From Candidatus Bipolaricaulota bacterium (GTDB lineage: Bacteria > Bipolaricaulota > Bipolaricaulia > UBA7950 > UBA9294), in contig JBFMGK010000015.1 of assembly GCA_040752575.1 (NCBI GenBank), forward strand, positions 15,823 through 79,822: a DNA stretch of 64,000 nucleotides, written 5' to 3'. A program made the position numbers and the translations under genes. Each line of letters starts with the position of its first letter. Within the stretch, counting starts at the first letter, position 1. The notes below the pieces were generated by a model, which saw only the letters and a program-made list of their open reading frames with translations, ran no database searches and had not been told where the DNA came from. This document shows, piece after piece, positions 56,544-64,000 of the stretch.

Positions 56544-57649
56544 CGGATCGCGGCGAGAACGCGCTCGAGCGCGGCGAGGAAACGATCGTTCTCGGCCGGC
56601 GTGCCGATCGAGACGCGCAGGCACTTGGGCAGATCGTACGCCGCGCACGGCCGGACGATCACGCCCTCGCACAGCAGCCGCTGCTGCACGTCGCCGGCTT
56701 GGGGTCCGATCTCGACGAGGACGAAGTTCGTGTGGCTCTCGGCAAACGCGAGCCCGAGCCGCGCGAACTCGCGGCACAGGAACTCCCGCCCCTTCCGGTT
56801 CTCGGCCACCGTGAACTCGACGAACTCCGCGTCGTCGAGCGCGGCGATGCCGGCGGCCTGGGCGACAACGCTGACGTTGAACGCCTCTTTCACCTTGAAC
56901 AGCGGGGCCAAGGTGTCGCGGTGCCCGAAGCCGTAGCCGATGCGGATCCCGGCCAGACCGTAGATCTTCGAGTAGGTTCGCAACACGACGACGTTCGGCC
57001 GGCCGTCGCGCACGTAGCCGAGGCTGTCGGGAAACTCGGGCGAGTCGGCCATCTCGGCGTACGCGTCGTCGAGCACGACGAGGGCGTGGTCGGGAACGCG
57101 ACGCAGGAAGCGCGCGAGGTCGTCGGCCGTGACGATCGTGCCGGTCGGGTTGTTGGGGTTGCAGACATAGACCATGCGCGTCCGCGGCGTGATCGCCCGC
57201 GCCATCGCGTCGAGGTCGATCCGGTAGCCGGGCGCGAGCGGCGTCTTGACGAGCTTCGCGCGCATCGCGTGCGCGTAGATGTCGTAGATCGGGAACGACG
57301 AGCGGCTGACGATCACTTCGTCGCCGTCGTCGAGGTAGGCCATCGAGAGCTCGAGGATGATGTCGTCGGCGCCGTTGCCGACCACGACCTGATCGAGCGC
57401 GAAGCCGAAGTGCCCGGCCAGCGCGACGCGAAGGTCGTAGCTCGATCCATCGGGGTAGACGTTGCCTCCGGCGAGCGCCGTCTGCATCGCCGCGAGCGCC
57501 TTCGGCGAGACGCCGTAGGGGTTCTCGTTCGACGCCAGCTTCACGACATCGGTGAGCCCGAGCTCGCGCTCGACCTCGCAGATCGGCTTTCCGGGAACGT
57601 AGGTCTGAATCGCATCGAGTCCACGTTGCGGCCGAAGGCTCACGGGCAA
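56540..57649 (-). CDS. hisC: Histidinol-phosphate/aromatic aminotransferase (class II PLP aminotransferase, HisC family)
   Basis: LASNENPYG, the NPNNPTG motif, and the PLP lysine in YSKIYGLAGIRIGY. Given its operon context with IOR and ACD, it probably acts as an aromatic-amino-acid aminotransferase. Confidence 0.8.
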   Translation of the reverse strand: MPVSLRPQRGLDAIQTYVPGKPICEVERELGLTDVVKLASNENPYGVSPKALAAMQTALAGGNVYPDGSSYDLRVALAGHFGFALDQVVVGNGADDIILELSMAYLDDGDEVIVSRSSFPIYDIYAHAMRAKLVKTPLAPGYRIDLDAMARAITPRTRMVYVCNPNNPTGTIVTADDLARFLRRVPDHALVVLDDAYAEMADSPEFPDSLGYVRDGRPNVVVLRTYSKIYGLAGIRIGYGFGHRDTLAPLFKVKEAFNVSVVAQAAGIAALDDAEFVEFTVAENRKGREFLCREFARLGLAFAESHTNFVLVEIGPQAGDVQQRLLCEGVIVRPCAAYDLPKCLRVSIGTPAENDRFLAALERVLAAIR

Positions 57650-59706
57650 CCTCCTTGCGCCGACGGGCCGCGCGTCGCGCGAACGGCGCGCGCATCCCCG
57701 ACGAGAGCGCCGTGCTCGAGAGAGAACACGGGGTTGAGATCGAGTTCTTCGAGATCGGGATAGCGAAACGGCAGCTCCGAGACGTGGGCGACGAGCGCCG
57801 CGAGGGCTCGGACGTCGCGCGGCGGGCGCCCGCGGAAGGCGCCCAAGAGGGCGGCGCCGCGCAACTCCTGCAGCATCACCGCCGCCTCGTCCGCGTCGAT
57901 CGGCGCGACGCGCAGCGCGACGTCGGCGAGCGCTTCGGCCGCCGTGCCCCCAAGGCCGACGGCGACGACGGGGCCGAACTGCCGGTCGCGCGTCACGCCA
58001 ACGAGGACTTCGACGGCGTCGCCGATCATCGGGACGACGAGCGCGCCGCGGAAGCCCACGCCGCTCGCCCGCGCAGCCAGTGCGGCGAACGCCCGCTTCG
58101 CCTCATCGGCACTCGCGACGCCGAGCGCGACGCCGCCGACGTCGGTCTTGTGCACGACGCCGGTCGCAACGACTTTCAGCGCAACGGGAACGCCGAACGC
58201 GCGCGCCGCGGCCGCGGCCTCGTCGGCCGTCGCCGCGAAGCGATGGGACGGAACGGGCAGGCCTTCGCCGGCGAGCCAGGCGAGCGCGTCGGGCTCAGCG
58301 AGCACTCGGTCGGACCCGGGCAGCTCGCCGGCCGCCGCGGGGACCGAAGCCGGAGGCCGGGCGGCGTCGGCCGTCCACATGGCGATTCTGGAGATCGCGT
58401 CGACGGCCCGCTCGCCGGTCGCGAAGTTCGGCACGCCGCCCGCGACGAGGACGGGCAACGCCGAGGCCACGGTCTTCCCGGCCAAGAACGACGCGGCAAC
58501 GGGCTTGCCCGTCGTCCGCGCCGCCGCAACGACGCCGCGCGCGATCGGCGCCGCGTCGAGGTATGGAACGTTCACGTCGATCGCAAGCGCGGCGTCGAGC
58601 TCGGCGAGGGCCGCGACGAGCGCGTCGCGGTACGCGTCCTCGCCGCCCTGCACGGTCAGGTCGATCGGGTTGCCGAGGCTCGCAAGCGGCGGCGTGCAGG
58701 CGCGCAGGCGGTCGGTCAGGGACTCGCTCGGCGGCGCCACGTCGAGTCCGGCGGCAGTGGCCGCGTCGGCGGCGAGCACGCCGGGCCCGCCGGAGTTCGT
58801 GACGATCGCCAGCCGCTTCCCGCGGACGGGCGGCAGCGAGACGAAGCCGCGGCAAACGTCGAACAGCTCTTCGATTCCGCGAACGCGCAGCGCGCCGCAC
58901 TGGCGAAGCGCGGCGTCGTAGACGGCGTCGGCGCCGGCGAGCGACCCGGTGTGCGACAGCGTCGCGCGGCCGCCAGCGGCCGAGCGGCCGGACTTGATGA
59001 CGACGAGCGGCTTGCGCGATGCCGCCCGCTCGGCCGCGGCGAGGAACGCCCGCCCGTCGGAGACGGTCTCGAGGTAGAGCGCGATCACGCGCGTTTCGTC
59101 GTCGCCTGAGAGCGCGTCGAGGAGGTCGATCTCGTTCAGGTCGGCGCCGTTGCCGTACGAGACGAACTTCGAGAAGCCCAGCCCTTGCTCTTCGGCCCAC
59201 GATAAGACGGCGCCGCCGAGCGCGCCGCTCTGCGAGACGAACGCGACGTCGCCGCGCGGCGGACGGGTTTCGAGCGTCGGAAAGAGGTCGCGCTTTGTAT
59301 TCACGAGCCCGGCGCAGTTGGGGCCAAGAAAGCGGATGCCATGACGGCGGGCGACGCGGACGAGCTCGGCCTCCCGCTCGCGCTCGCCGACTTCGGAGAA
59401 GCCGGCGGTGATCACGGCCGCGGCGCGAACGCCTGCGCGTCCGGCGTCGTCGAACGTCGCGGCAACGGTCTCGGCCGGCGACGCGACGACGACGAGGTCG
59501 ACAAGGTGCCCGGCGGCCGCGAGTTCGCCGACCGAGCGCGCCGCCGCAGCGACGCCGGGCGCGCCGTCGGCACGCGGATTCACGGCGTAGACGGGCGAGA
59601 AGCCGCCGGAAACGAGCTGGTCGACGAGCACGCGGCCGATCTTGCCTTCGCCCATCGAGCCGACGACGGCGACGCCGCGCGGCTCGAACAGCGCGGCGAG
59701 GCTCAT
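57640..59706 (-). CDS. acd: ADP-forming acetyl-CoA synthetase (fused alpha/beta subunits; acyl-CoA ligase of the NDP-forming family)
   Basis: A 689-aa frame inside the 930-aa ORF. It has a CoA-binding N-terminal domain (GVAVVGSMGEGKIGRV), a succinyl-CoA-synthetase-like flavodoxin domain and an ATP-grasp beta domain (VALKVVATGVVHKTDVGGVAL). Confidence 0.85.
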   Translation of the reverse strand: MSLAALFEPRGVAVVGSMGEGKIGRVLVDQLVSGGFSPVYAVNPRADGAPGVAAAARSVGELAAAGHLVDLVVVASPAETVAATFDDAGRAGVRAAAVITAGFSEVGEREREAELVRVARRHGIRFLGPNCAGLVNTKRDLFPTLETRPPRGDVAFVSQSGALGGAVLSWAEEQGLGFSKFVSYGNGADLNEIDLLDALSGDDETRVIALYLETVSDGRAFLAAAERAASRKPLVVIKSGRSAAGGRATLSHTGSLAGADAVYDAALRQCGALRVRGIEELFDVCRGFVSLPPVRGKRLAIVTNSGGPGVLAADAATAAGLDVAPPSESLTDRLRACTPPLASLGNPIDLTVQGGEDAYRDALVAALAELDAALAIDVNVPYLDAAPIARGVVAAARTTGKPVAASFLAGKTVASALPVLVAGGVPNFATGERAVDAISRIAMWTADAARPPASVPAAAGELPGSDRVLAEPDALAWLAGEGLPVPSHRFAATADEAAAAARAFGVPVALKVVATGVVHKTDVGGVALGVASADEAKRAFAALAARASGVGFRGALVVPMIGDAVEVLVGVTRDRQFGPVVAVGLGGTAAEALADVALRVAPIDADEAAVMLQELRGAALLGAFRGRPPRDVRALAALVAHVSELPFRYPDLEELDLNPVFSLEHGALVGDARAVRATRGPSAQGGCP

Positions 59707-60305
59707 CGCGCCCCCGCGGCCTCGAGGCCGAGCCGGAACGCGGCGACGTTCGCGTCGCGCGCCCGCGGCCATCGCGCGGCCACGGCCGCTTCGACGTCGG
59801 CAGGGTCGAGAACGGCGGCGAGCGCGGCGACGGTGCACGCCGCGCCGAGCAAGACGACGTTCGCCGCCGCCGGACGTCCGCCGACGGCCGGGATCTTCGA
59901 CGGCAACAGGACGATCGGCGTCGCGCCCGACGCGCCGACGGCCGCGACGACGTCGTCCAGCGTCGGATAGCGCGCTCGCCCGAGCTGGACGCCGGTCGGC
60001 TCCCAGACGTCGTCGTAGAGGAGGAACGCGCCGCCCGGCCGCACGTAGCCGATGCCGCGCAGCGCTTCGGAACGCTCGGTCGCGAGCACGAGGTCGGCCG
60101 ATTGGGCGGCGATCCGCGGCCCGACAGCGTCGCGCCCGATCCGCAGCTCGGCCTTCACGAACCCGCCGCGCTGCGCCATCCCCTTCGTCGGCGCGAACGA
60201 CGCCGGAACGCCGCGGGCGAGCGCGGCCTTCAGCAACAGCTCGCCGATCGTCAACACGCCCTGCCCACCGACCCCGACGAGGACGATGTCGCACCCGCGG
60301 CTCAC
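59703..60305 (-). CDS. iorB: Indolepyruvate:ferredoxin oxidoreductase subunit beta
   Basis: GTG start with a GGAGG RBS. The N-terminus IVLVGVGGQGVLT is typical of IorB / POR-gamma. The gene overlaps the iorA stop (GTGA) and the acd start. Confidence 0.8.
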   Translation of the reverse strand: MSRGCDIVLVGVGGQGVLTIGELLLKAALARGVPASFAPTKGMAQRGGFVKAELRIGRDAVGPRIAAQSADLVLATERSEALRGIGYVRPGGAFLLYDDVWEPTGVQLGRARYPTLDDVVAAVGASGATPIVLLPSKIPAVGGRPAAANVVLLGAACTVAALAAVLDPADVEAAVAARWPRARDANVAAFRLGLEAAGAR

Positions 60306-62368
60306 GGCCGGCCTCCTCGCTTGCCGTCGAAGCCCCCGCCGTCGGGCTTCGACCCCAGCTGCCCGCCATCGCGCCCCGGCGGGCAGCCGAGAGCCTGCGT
60401 CGGGCACACCGCGGCGCAGAGGCCGCAGCCATTACACAGGGCCGCGTCGATCACGATCGCGCCAGCCGCGTTACCTGTCGGCGACCTGAACGACAAAGCT
60501 GGACAGCCGGTGATCTGGATGCAGCGCTTGCAGAGGACGCACTTCGCGGCGTCGATTTGGATCGGCGCGCCTGCCGCCCCGCGGCGCCGCGATTGGATCG
60601 CGCACTCCTGCCGGGCAAGAAGCACGCGCACGCCCGTCGCCTCTTTCAGGAAGTCGGTCAAGATCGCCGTCGTCGCCGCGAGGTCGAAGGGGTCCGAGAT
60701 GGCGAAGCGGTCGACGCCGAGCGCGGGGATCACAGTCGCGAGGTCGATCCGCCGCCCGCCACGCTGCTCGCCTTCGTCGGTGCCCGGATTCACCTGCATG
60801 CCGGTCATCGCCGTCCAGCCGTTGTCCATCACGACGACAACGAGCGGCGTCCGGTGCTGCACGGCGTTCAGGAGTCCCGGGATGCCGCCGTGGAAGAACG
60901 TCGAGTCGCCGATCGTCGCGACGACAGGCGTCGTGAGGCCGGCGTGGACGTAGCCCTGCGCGAGGCTGACGCTCGAGCCCATCGAGACCTCGTTCCACAA
61001 GAGGTCGAACGGCGGGTTCATCCCGAGGATCGTGCAGCCGATGTCGCCGGTGACCATGACCTCATCCTGCTTGAAGCCCGCCTTCTTGATCGCCGCCTCG
61101 ATCGCCATGTACGTCCCGCGATGCGGGCATCCGGCGCAAACAGTGATAGGCCGCGGCGCGGCCATGTGTGCGCAGGAGAGAACCGTCTCGAATTCAGCGG
61201 CTCCGGACGGTTCTTCTGTAAGGTGGTCCTCGCAACGACCACCGGCGCCGGCTGCAACAGTGATCGGGCGAGGCGCTGGTTCAGCCTGTAGCTTGTAGCT
61301 CGTAGCTTGTGGGGCCTCTCCGACAGCCCCCACAGGCCGCGAGCTGCATGCCACAAGCCCGGCAACGATCTCCGCCATCCCGTATTCGCCGGATCGGCTC
61401 AGCGTTCCGTCGAGCTTGCCGACGATCGGGCCGGCAAAGCCGACGCGGCGCGCGGCCAACAGAACGTCGCGCTCAAGATGGGGTTCGAGTTCCTCAAGGA
61501 CGAGGACGGCGCCAACGTGGCCGAGGAGCGTCTCGACCTCGGCAACGGGGAACGGAACGGTCGACGCAGCGCGGAGGATCGAGACGTCACCTGCGTTCAG
61601 GCCGGCCGCGGCCAGACCCTCGCCGAGCGCACTGACCGGGGCGCCGACGGCGATGACCCCGAGCCCGCCGGGTTTTCCGAGCGTCAGCCGATGGGCGCCG
61701 CGCTCGTGAAGCCACCTCCCGGCCGCCTCGAGCCGTTCGAGCAGCGCCTCGTGCTGGCCAAGGCAGATCGCCGACCCGGCCTTCGTGTACCGCGCGTTGT
61801 CGCGCTCCAGGAGCGGCGGAGAAGGCGGTTCAAGCGGACCCTCGTCGTCGACCTGGACGATCGCGTGCGTCAGCGCAACGGCTGTCGTCAAGCGCAAAAA
61901 AACGAGCCCGCCGATCGCCTCGGAAAGGTCGAACGCGAGCTGCGCGAAGCGATAGGCCTCCTCGACCGAAGACGGCTCGAGCATCGGCGCGTCGGTCATG
62001 AGCGCGAACCCGCGGGTGTCCTGCTCCGGCATCCCGGCCGAAACGCCCGGGTCGTCGGCGACGTAGACCACGAGCCCGCCGTTCGTCCCCGAGTACGCGA
62101 TCGAGACGACCGCGTCGTACGCGACGTTCAGGCCCGACATCTTCATCGTGCAGAGCGCCCGCCGCCCGGCCCACGCCGCGCCCGCCGCGATCTCGAACGC
62201 CACCTTCTCGTTCGTCGACCACTCCACATGCCGACCCGGAAGATCACGCAAGAGAAGACTCGCCAGCGCCTCCGTCGACGGCGTCCCCGGATAGCCCGTC
62301 ACAACCCGGACTCCGGCGCGCAACGCACCCAAGGCAAGAGCTTCGTTTCCCGTGACGATCTTCTTCAT
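60302..62368 (-). CDS. iorA: Indolepyruvate:ferredoxin oxidoreductase subunit alpha (with an unusual ~37-aa in-frame insertion before the CxGCPH motif)
   Basis: The N-terminus MKKIVTGNEALALGALRAGV..GYPGTPSTE is canonical, and the TPP-binding CAGCPHRG and GDIGC / GDSTFFH motifs and two C-terminal 4Fe-4S CxxCxxCxxxCP motifs are present. The APRPITV peptide is duplicated around an inserted segment at nt 61150-61290. Confidence 0.85.
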   Translation of the reverse strand: MKKIVTGNEALALGALRAGVRVVTGYPGTPSTEALASLLLRDLPGRHVEWSTNEKVAFEIAAGAAWAGRRALCTMKMSGLNVAYDAVVSIAYSGTNGGLVVYVADDPGVSAGMPEQDTRGFALMTDAPMLEPSSVEEAYRFAQLAFDLSEAIGGLVFLRLTTAVALTHAIVQVDDEGPLEPPSPPLLERDNARYTKAGSAICLGQHEALLERLEAAGRWLHERGAHRLTLGKPGGLGVIAVGAPVSALGEGLAAAGLNAGDVSILRAASTVPFPVAEVETLLGHVGAVLVLEELEPHLERDVLLAARRVGFAGPIVGKLDGTLSRSGEYGMAEIVAGLVACSSRPVGAVGEAPQATSYKLQAEPAPRPITVAAGAGGRCEDHLTEEPSGAAEFETVLSCAHMAAPRPITVCAGCPHRGTYMAIEAAIKKAGFKQDEVMVTGDIGCTILGMNPPFDLLWNEVSMGSSVSLAQGYVHAGLTTPVVATIGDSTFFHGGIPGLLNAVQHRTPLVVVVMDNGWTAMTGMQVNPGTDEGEQRGGRRIDLATVIPALGVDRFAISDPFDLAATTAILTDFLKEATGVRVLLARQECAIQSRRRGAAGAPIQIDAAKCVLCKRCIQITGCPALSFRSPTGNAAGAIVIDAALCNGCGLCAAVCPTQALGCPPGRDGGQLGSKPDGGGFDGKRGGRP

Positions 62369-62620
62369 AGAGCGCAGAGATTATCCGCGGTCTTCCGAGC
62401 CGCGTCACCTACGAAGCACTGCCCGCGCCCTTGTGTGACTAGGATGCGGCGATCGAGCCGGCCTCGTGTAGCGTCGGGAGCAAGCCCTTGGCGTCGAGGC
62501 CAAGGGACTCTCCGACGTTCGGAATGAGCCTGGCTGCCGGGTGACGGCCCCATAGCCCAACGTCGCACACAGGGTGCGACGCTACAGGGGCCAGCGTCCT
62601 CGCCTCCGACCATGGACTAC

Positions 62621-63268
62621 GGACCCCGGACTGCGCACCGCGGACTGCGCACCGTCAACCCAACGAACTCCACGAACCCAATGAACTCAACAACCCGCTC
62701 GCCCGCGCCTGCGGACTATGGACTGCGCCGCCGCATCTCGCTTTCCAGCTCGGAAGAAGAAACCGACCCGCAGAGCAGGTCGGCTCGAGCCAATATAGTA
62801 ACCGCAATCATTAGACACCGTGGGCGGCACTCTGTCAAGTGTGATGGCGTCGGCCGGGATTCCCGCTCGCGAACCGCACCCCCCGGACCCCGGACCATGG
62901 ACCACGGACTGCGCACCGTCTCTTTGCAGGCGGCTAAGGCCGGAACGGATCAGCTCAGCAACCAACGTCGGAGACAAGCGCCGACGCTACGTGGGACAAG
63001 GAACTCTCGTCGATCCCCCGGACCCCGGACCGCGCACTGTGGACTGTGGACTGCGGACCGCGCACTACGCCGTTCGCAACCCAACGAACCCTACGAACCC
63101 AATGAACTCAACAAACCGCTCGCCCGCGCCCTCCGGACCCCGGACCATGGACCACGGACTGCGCACTGCGCACTGCGCACCGCGGACTGCGGACCCCGCC
63201 CCTCGCAACTCAACGAACCCAACGAACTCCACGAACCCAATGAACTCAACAAACCGCTCGCCCGCGCC
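62621..63268. repeat. Composite iteron-like direct repeats (three A+B units) in a 0.9-kb intergenic region
   Basis: Direct read. A 54-63-bp CA-rich B unit (caacccaacgaac[t/c]c[c/t]acgaacccaatgaactcaacaa[a/c]ccgctcgcccgcgcc) occurs at 62656-62709, 63077-63130 and 63206-63268. Each is preceded by a GGACTGCGCAC / GGACCATGGACC-rich A unit. Inside B there is a 9-bp sub-periodicity (aacgaactc / cacgaaccc / aatgaactc). An extra A copy lies at 62879-62918. Confidence 0.7.
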
Positions 63269-63283
63269 CCGCGGACTCCCCCC

Positions 63284-63312
63284 TTGACGCGATGTCTATC
63301 AAATGATACATT
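63284..63312 (+). promoter_or_regulatory. Near-consensus sigma70-type promoter (TTGACG, 17 nt spacer, TACATT) for the toxin-antitoxin operon
   Basis: Direct read: TTGACG 63284-63289, a 17-nt spacer, TACATT 63307-63312, immediately after the last B repeat. Confidence 0.45.
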
Positions 63313-63368
63313 CGGGCGTGCAAGAGCCTGGCGAAGACATCGAGCGAGCCTGGGTTGTCGCGTTCTTG

Positions 63369-63689
63369 ATGCGATTCAAGGCGTTGGCATCTGCGGATCG
63401 GATGGTCGTATTCCAAAGGAAGAACTACATCGAAACCCTAGGCGCGCTCGGCACACTGCCACACCAAGCGGAGGAGGTCATTCTGGGCCTCACGTTCGAG
63501 GACTACTACAGGGGTGCAGGAGCAGGCGAAAGAGATAGAGAGGAAGTCTGCGAGTTCGGAGCACGCGTGGCAGGGGAGGAAGTCTACATCAAGCCGATCA
63601 TCGATAGGGCGCACTCAAAGGCCATCTGCTGCTCGTTTCACATCGCCGAGAGGGAAATCGGCTACCCGTTTGCGCAAGACGGGTCGTAA
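63369..63689 (+). CDS. mqsR: MqsR-family toxin (mRNA interferase) of a type II toxin-antitoxin pair
   Basis: Recalled similarity to E. coli MqsR: EDYYRG (compare SDFYKS), EEVYIKPII (compare GQVYLKITVI) and KAICCSFHIAER (compare VLIVSFKEK). Local GC is ~57%. The ORF track starts it at 63303, but that ATG lies inside the promoter spacer, so I prefer the ATG at 63369 (107 aa, similar to the 98-aa MqsR). Confidence 0.55.
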   Translation: MRFKALASADRMVVFQRKNYIETLGALGTLPHQAEEVILGLTFEDYYRGAGAGERDREEVCEFGARVAGEEVYIKPIIDRAHSKAICCSFHIAEREIGYPFAQDGS

Positions 63690-63699
63690 GGAGGAAGCC

Positions 63700-64000
63700 G
63701 TGCCAGAGGTGTTCTGCCCCCAATGCAAGGCTCAGCGCGAGCCGAAGGTCCATCGCCGGGATGAGACGATCACGGTCAAGGGCGAACCCGTAGAGATTCA
63801 GGCGAACGTGGCCGTGTGCGCCGAGTGCGGCGAAGACCTCTTTGTCGCTGAGCTGGAGGAACACAACGTCAAGCGAGCTTTCGACATCTATCGACGTCGC
63901 CACGACCTGCTCACCGCAAGCCAGATCAGGGAGCTTCGAGAGCGCTACGGGCTCTCGCAAAGAGGTCTGGCGCAGCTCCTGGGTTGGGGGGAGGTCACCG
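63700..64000 (+). CDS. mqsA: MqsA-family antitoxin (YgiT-type zinc finger plus Xre-type HTH), 3' partial at the window edge
   Basis: RBS TAAGGAGGAAGCC-GTG lies 10 nt after the toxin stop. CPQC...ITVKGEPVEIQANVAVCAECGE is the YgiT/MqsA zinc ribbon, and the sequence then runs into LTASQIRELRERYGLSQRGLAQLLG (HTH). Toxin-then-antitoxin gene order matches the mqsRA arrangement. Confidence 0.7.
   Translation, partial: MPEVFCPQCKAQREPKVHRRDETITVKGEPVEIQANVAVCAECGEDLFVAELEEHNVKRAFDIYRRRHDLLTASQIRELRERYGLSQRGLAQLLGWGEVT

Noticed and set aside
61170-61190. Adjacent BsmBI (CGTCTC) and EcoRI (GAATTC) sites inside the IorA insertion, which could be read as a synthetic cloning scar
   Set aside because: At this base composition a hexamer like GAATTC is expected a handful of times per 64 kb by chance, and the insertion stays in-frame. 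I noted it under the IorA finding but did not claim an artificial origin.
62621-63268. A possible CRISPR array
   Set aside because: The repeat units are 54-63 bp with irregular spacing (421 bp and 129 bp), the 'spacers' themselves repeat, and no cas genes are in view. This is not a CRISPR architecture.
62612-63538. The 308-aa ORF spanning the repeat region (translation NPTNSTNPMNSTNRSPAP..., GPRTMDHGLRTA...)
   Set aside because: The ORF is open only because the top strand of the CA-rich repeats lacks T and G, so stop codons are absent. It has no RBS or start context, and it runs through the promoter and into mqsR in another frame. I treated it as noncoding repeat DNA.

Overview
This is a 64 kb, ~68-70% GC bacterial chromosomal segment with about 60 densely packed genes on both strands. 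Because of the high GC content the six-frame track is full of long spurious ORFs; I kept only reading frames with recognisable protein signatures, sensible starts or ribosome-binding sites, and operon context. The window contains, from left to right:
- **1-3 kb:** a partial ABC-F ATPase, a YggS-family PLP protein and a phosphodiesterase.
- **3.1-10.7 kb:** a 2076-aa secreted giant protein with Ig-like domains and roughly 200-aa tandem blocks of thrombospondin-type-3 calcium-binding repeats, with a signal-peptide partner gene upstream.
- **11-17 kb:** housekeeping and accessory genes (TrmH methyltransferase, M48 peptidase, flavodoxin, two MshD-like double-GNAT acetyltransferases, a DUF3795 protein).
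- **17-20 kb:** a GntR regulator with a tyrosine-phenol-lyase/tryptophanase homolog.
- **20.7-25.8 kb:** an H+-pyrophosphatase and two MFS transporters.
- **25.8-28.1 kb:** a membrane-anchored OmpR-type winged-helix regulator with no receiver domain, flanked by secreted proteins.
- **28-36 kb:** a nine-gene, translationally coupled envelope-export cluster on the minus strand (lipoprotein, MacB-type ABC ATPase and permease, a prenyltransferase-repeat toroid protein, TetR, a secreted protein, an MMPL/RND transporter, a LolA-like protein).
- **36-40.2 kb:** a MarR regulator with a heterodimeric ABC exporter pair.
- **40.2-49 kb:** a UvrD helicase, a secreted fibronectin-III protein and GNAT acetyltransferases.
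- **49-51.2 kb:** an aldehyde:ferredoxin oxidoreductase with its polyferredoxin.
- **51.2-52.1 kb:** a ~52-57% GC two-gene insert encoding a lysine-rich 73-aa protein and a TIR-like 198-aa protein. I consider this the best candidate in the window for an undescribed defence or toxin-like module.
- **52.4-54.3 kb:** a ribokinase and a formylmethanofuran:H4MPT formyltransferase (Ftr) homolog.
- **54.4-62.4 kb:** a PKD/beta-propeller secreted protein, then an aromatic-amino-acid fermentation operon (iorA-iorB-ADP-forming acetyl-CoA synthetase-aminotransferase-phosphoesterase).
- **62.4-64 kb (right end):** about 0.9 kb of noncoding DNA carrying iteron-like composite direct repeats, a near-consensus promoter and a lower-GC MqsR/MqsA-type toxin-antitoxin pair.

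I could not find any rRNA, tRNA or CRISPR array.
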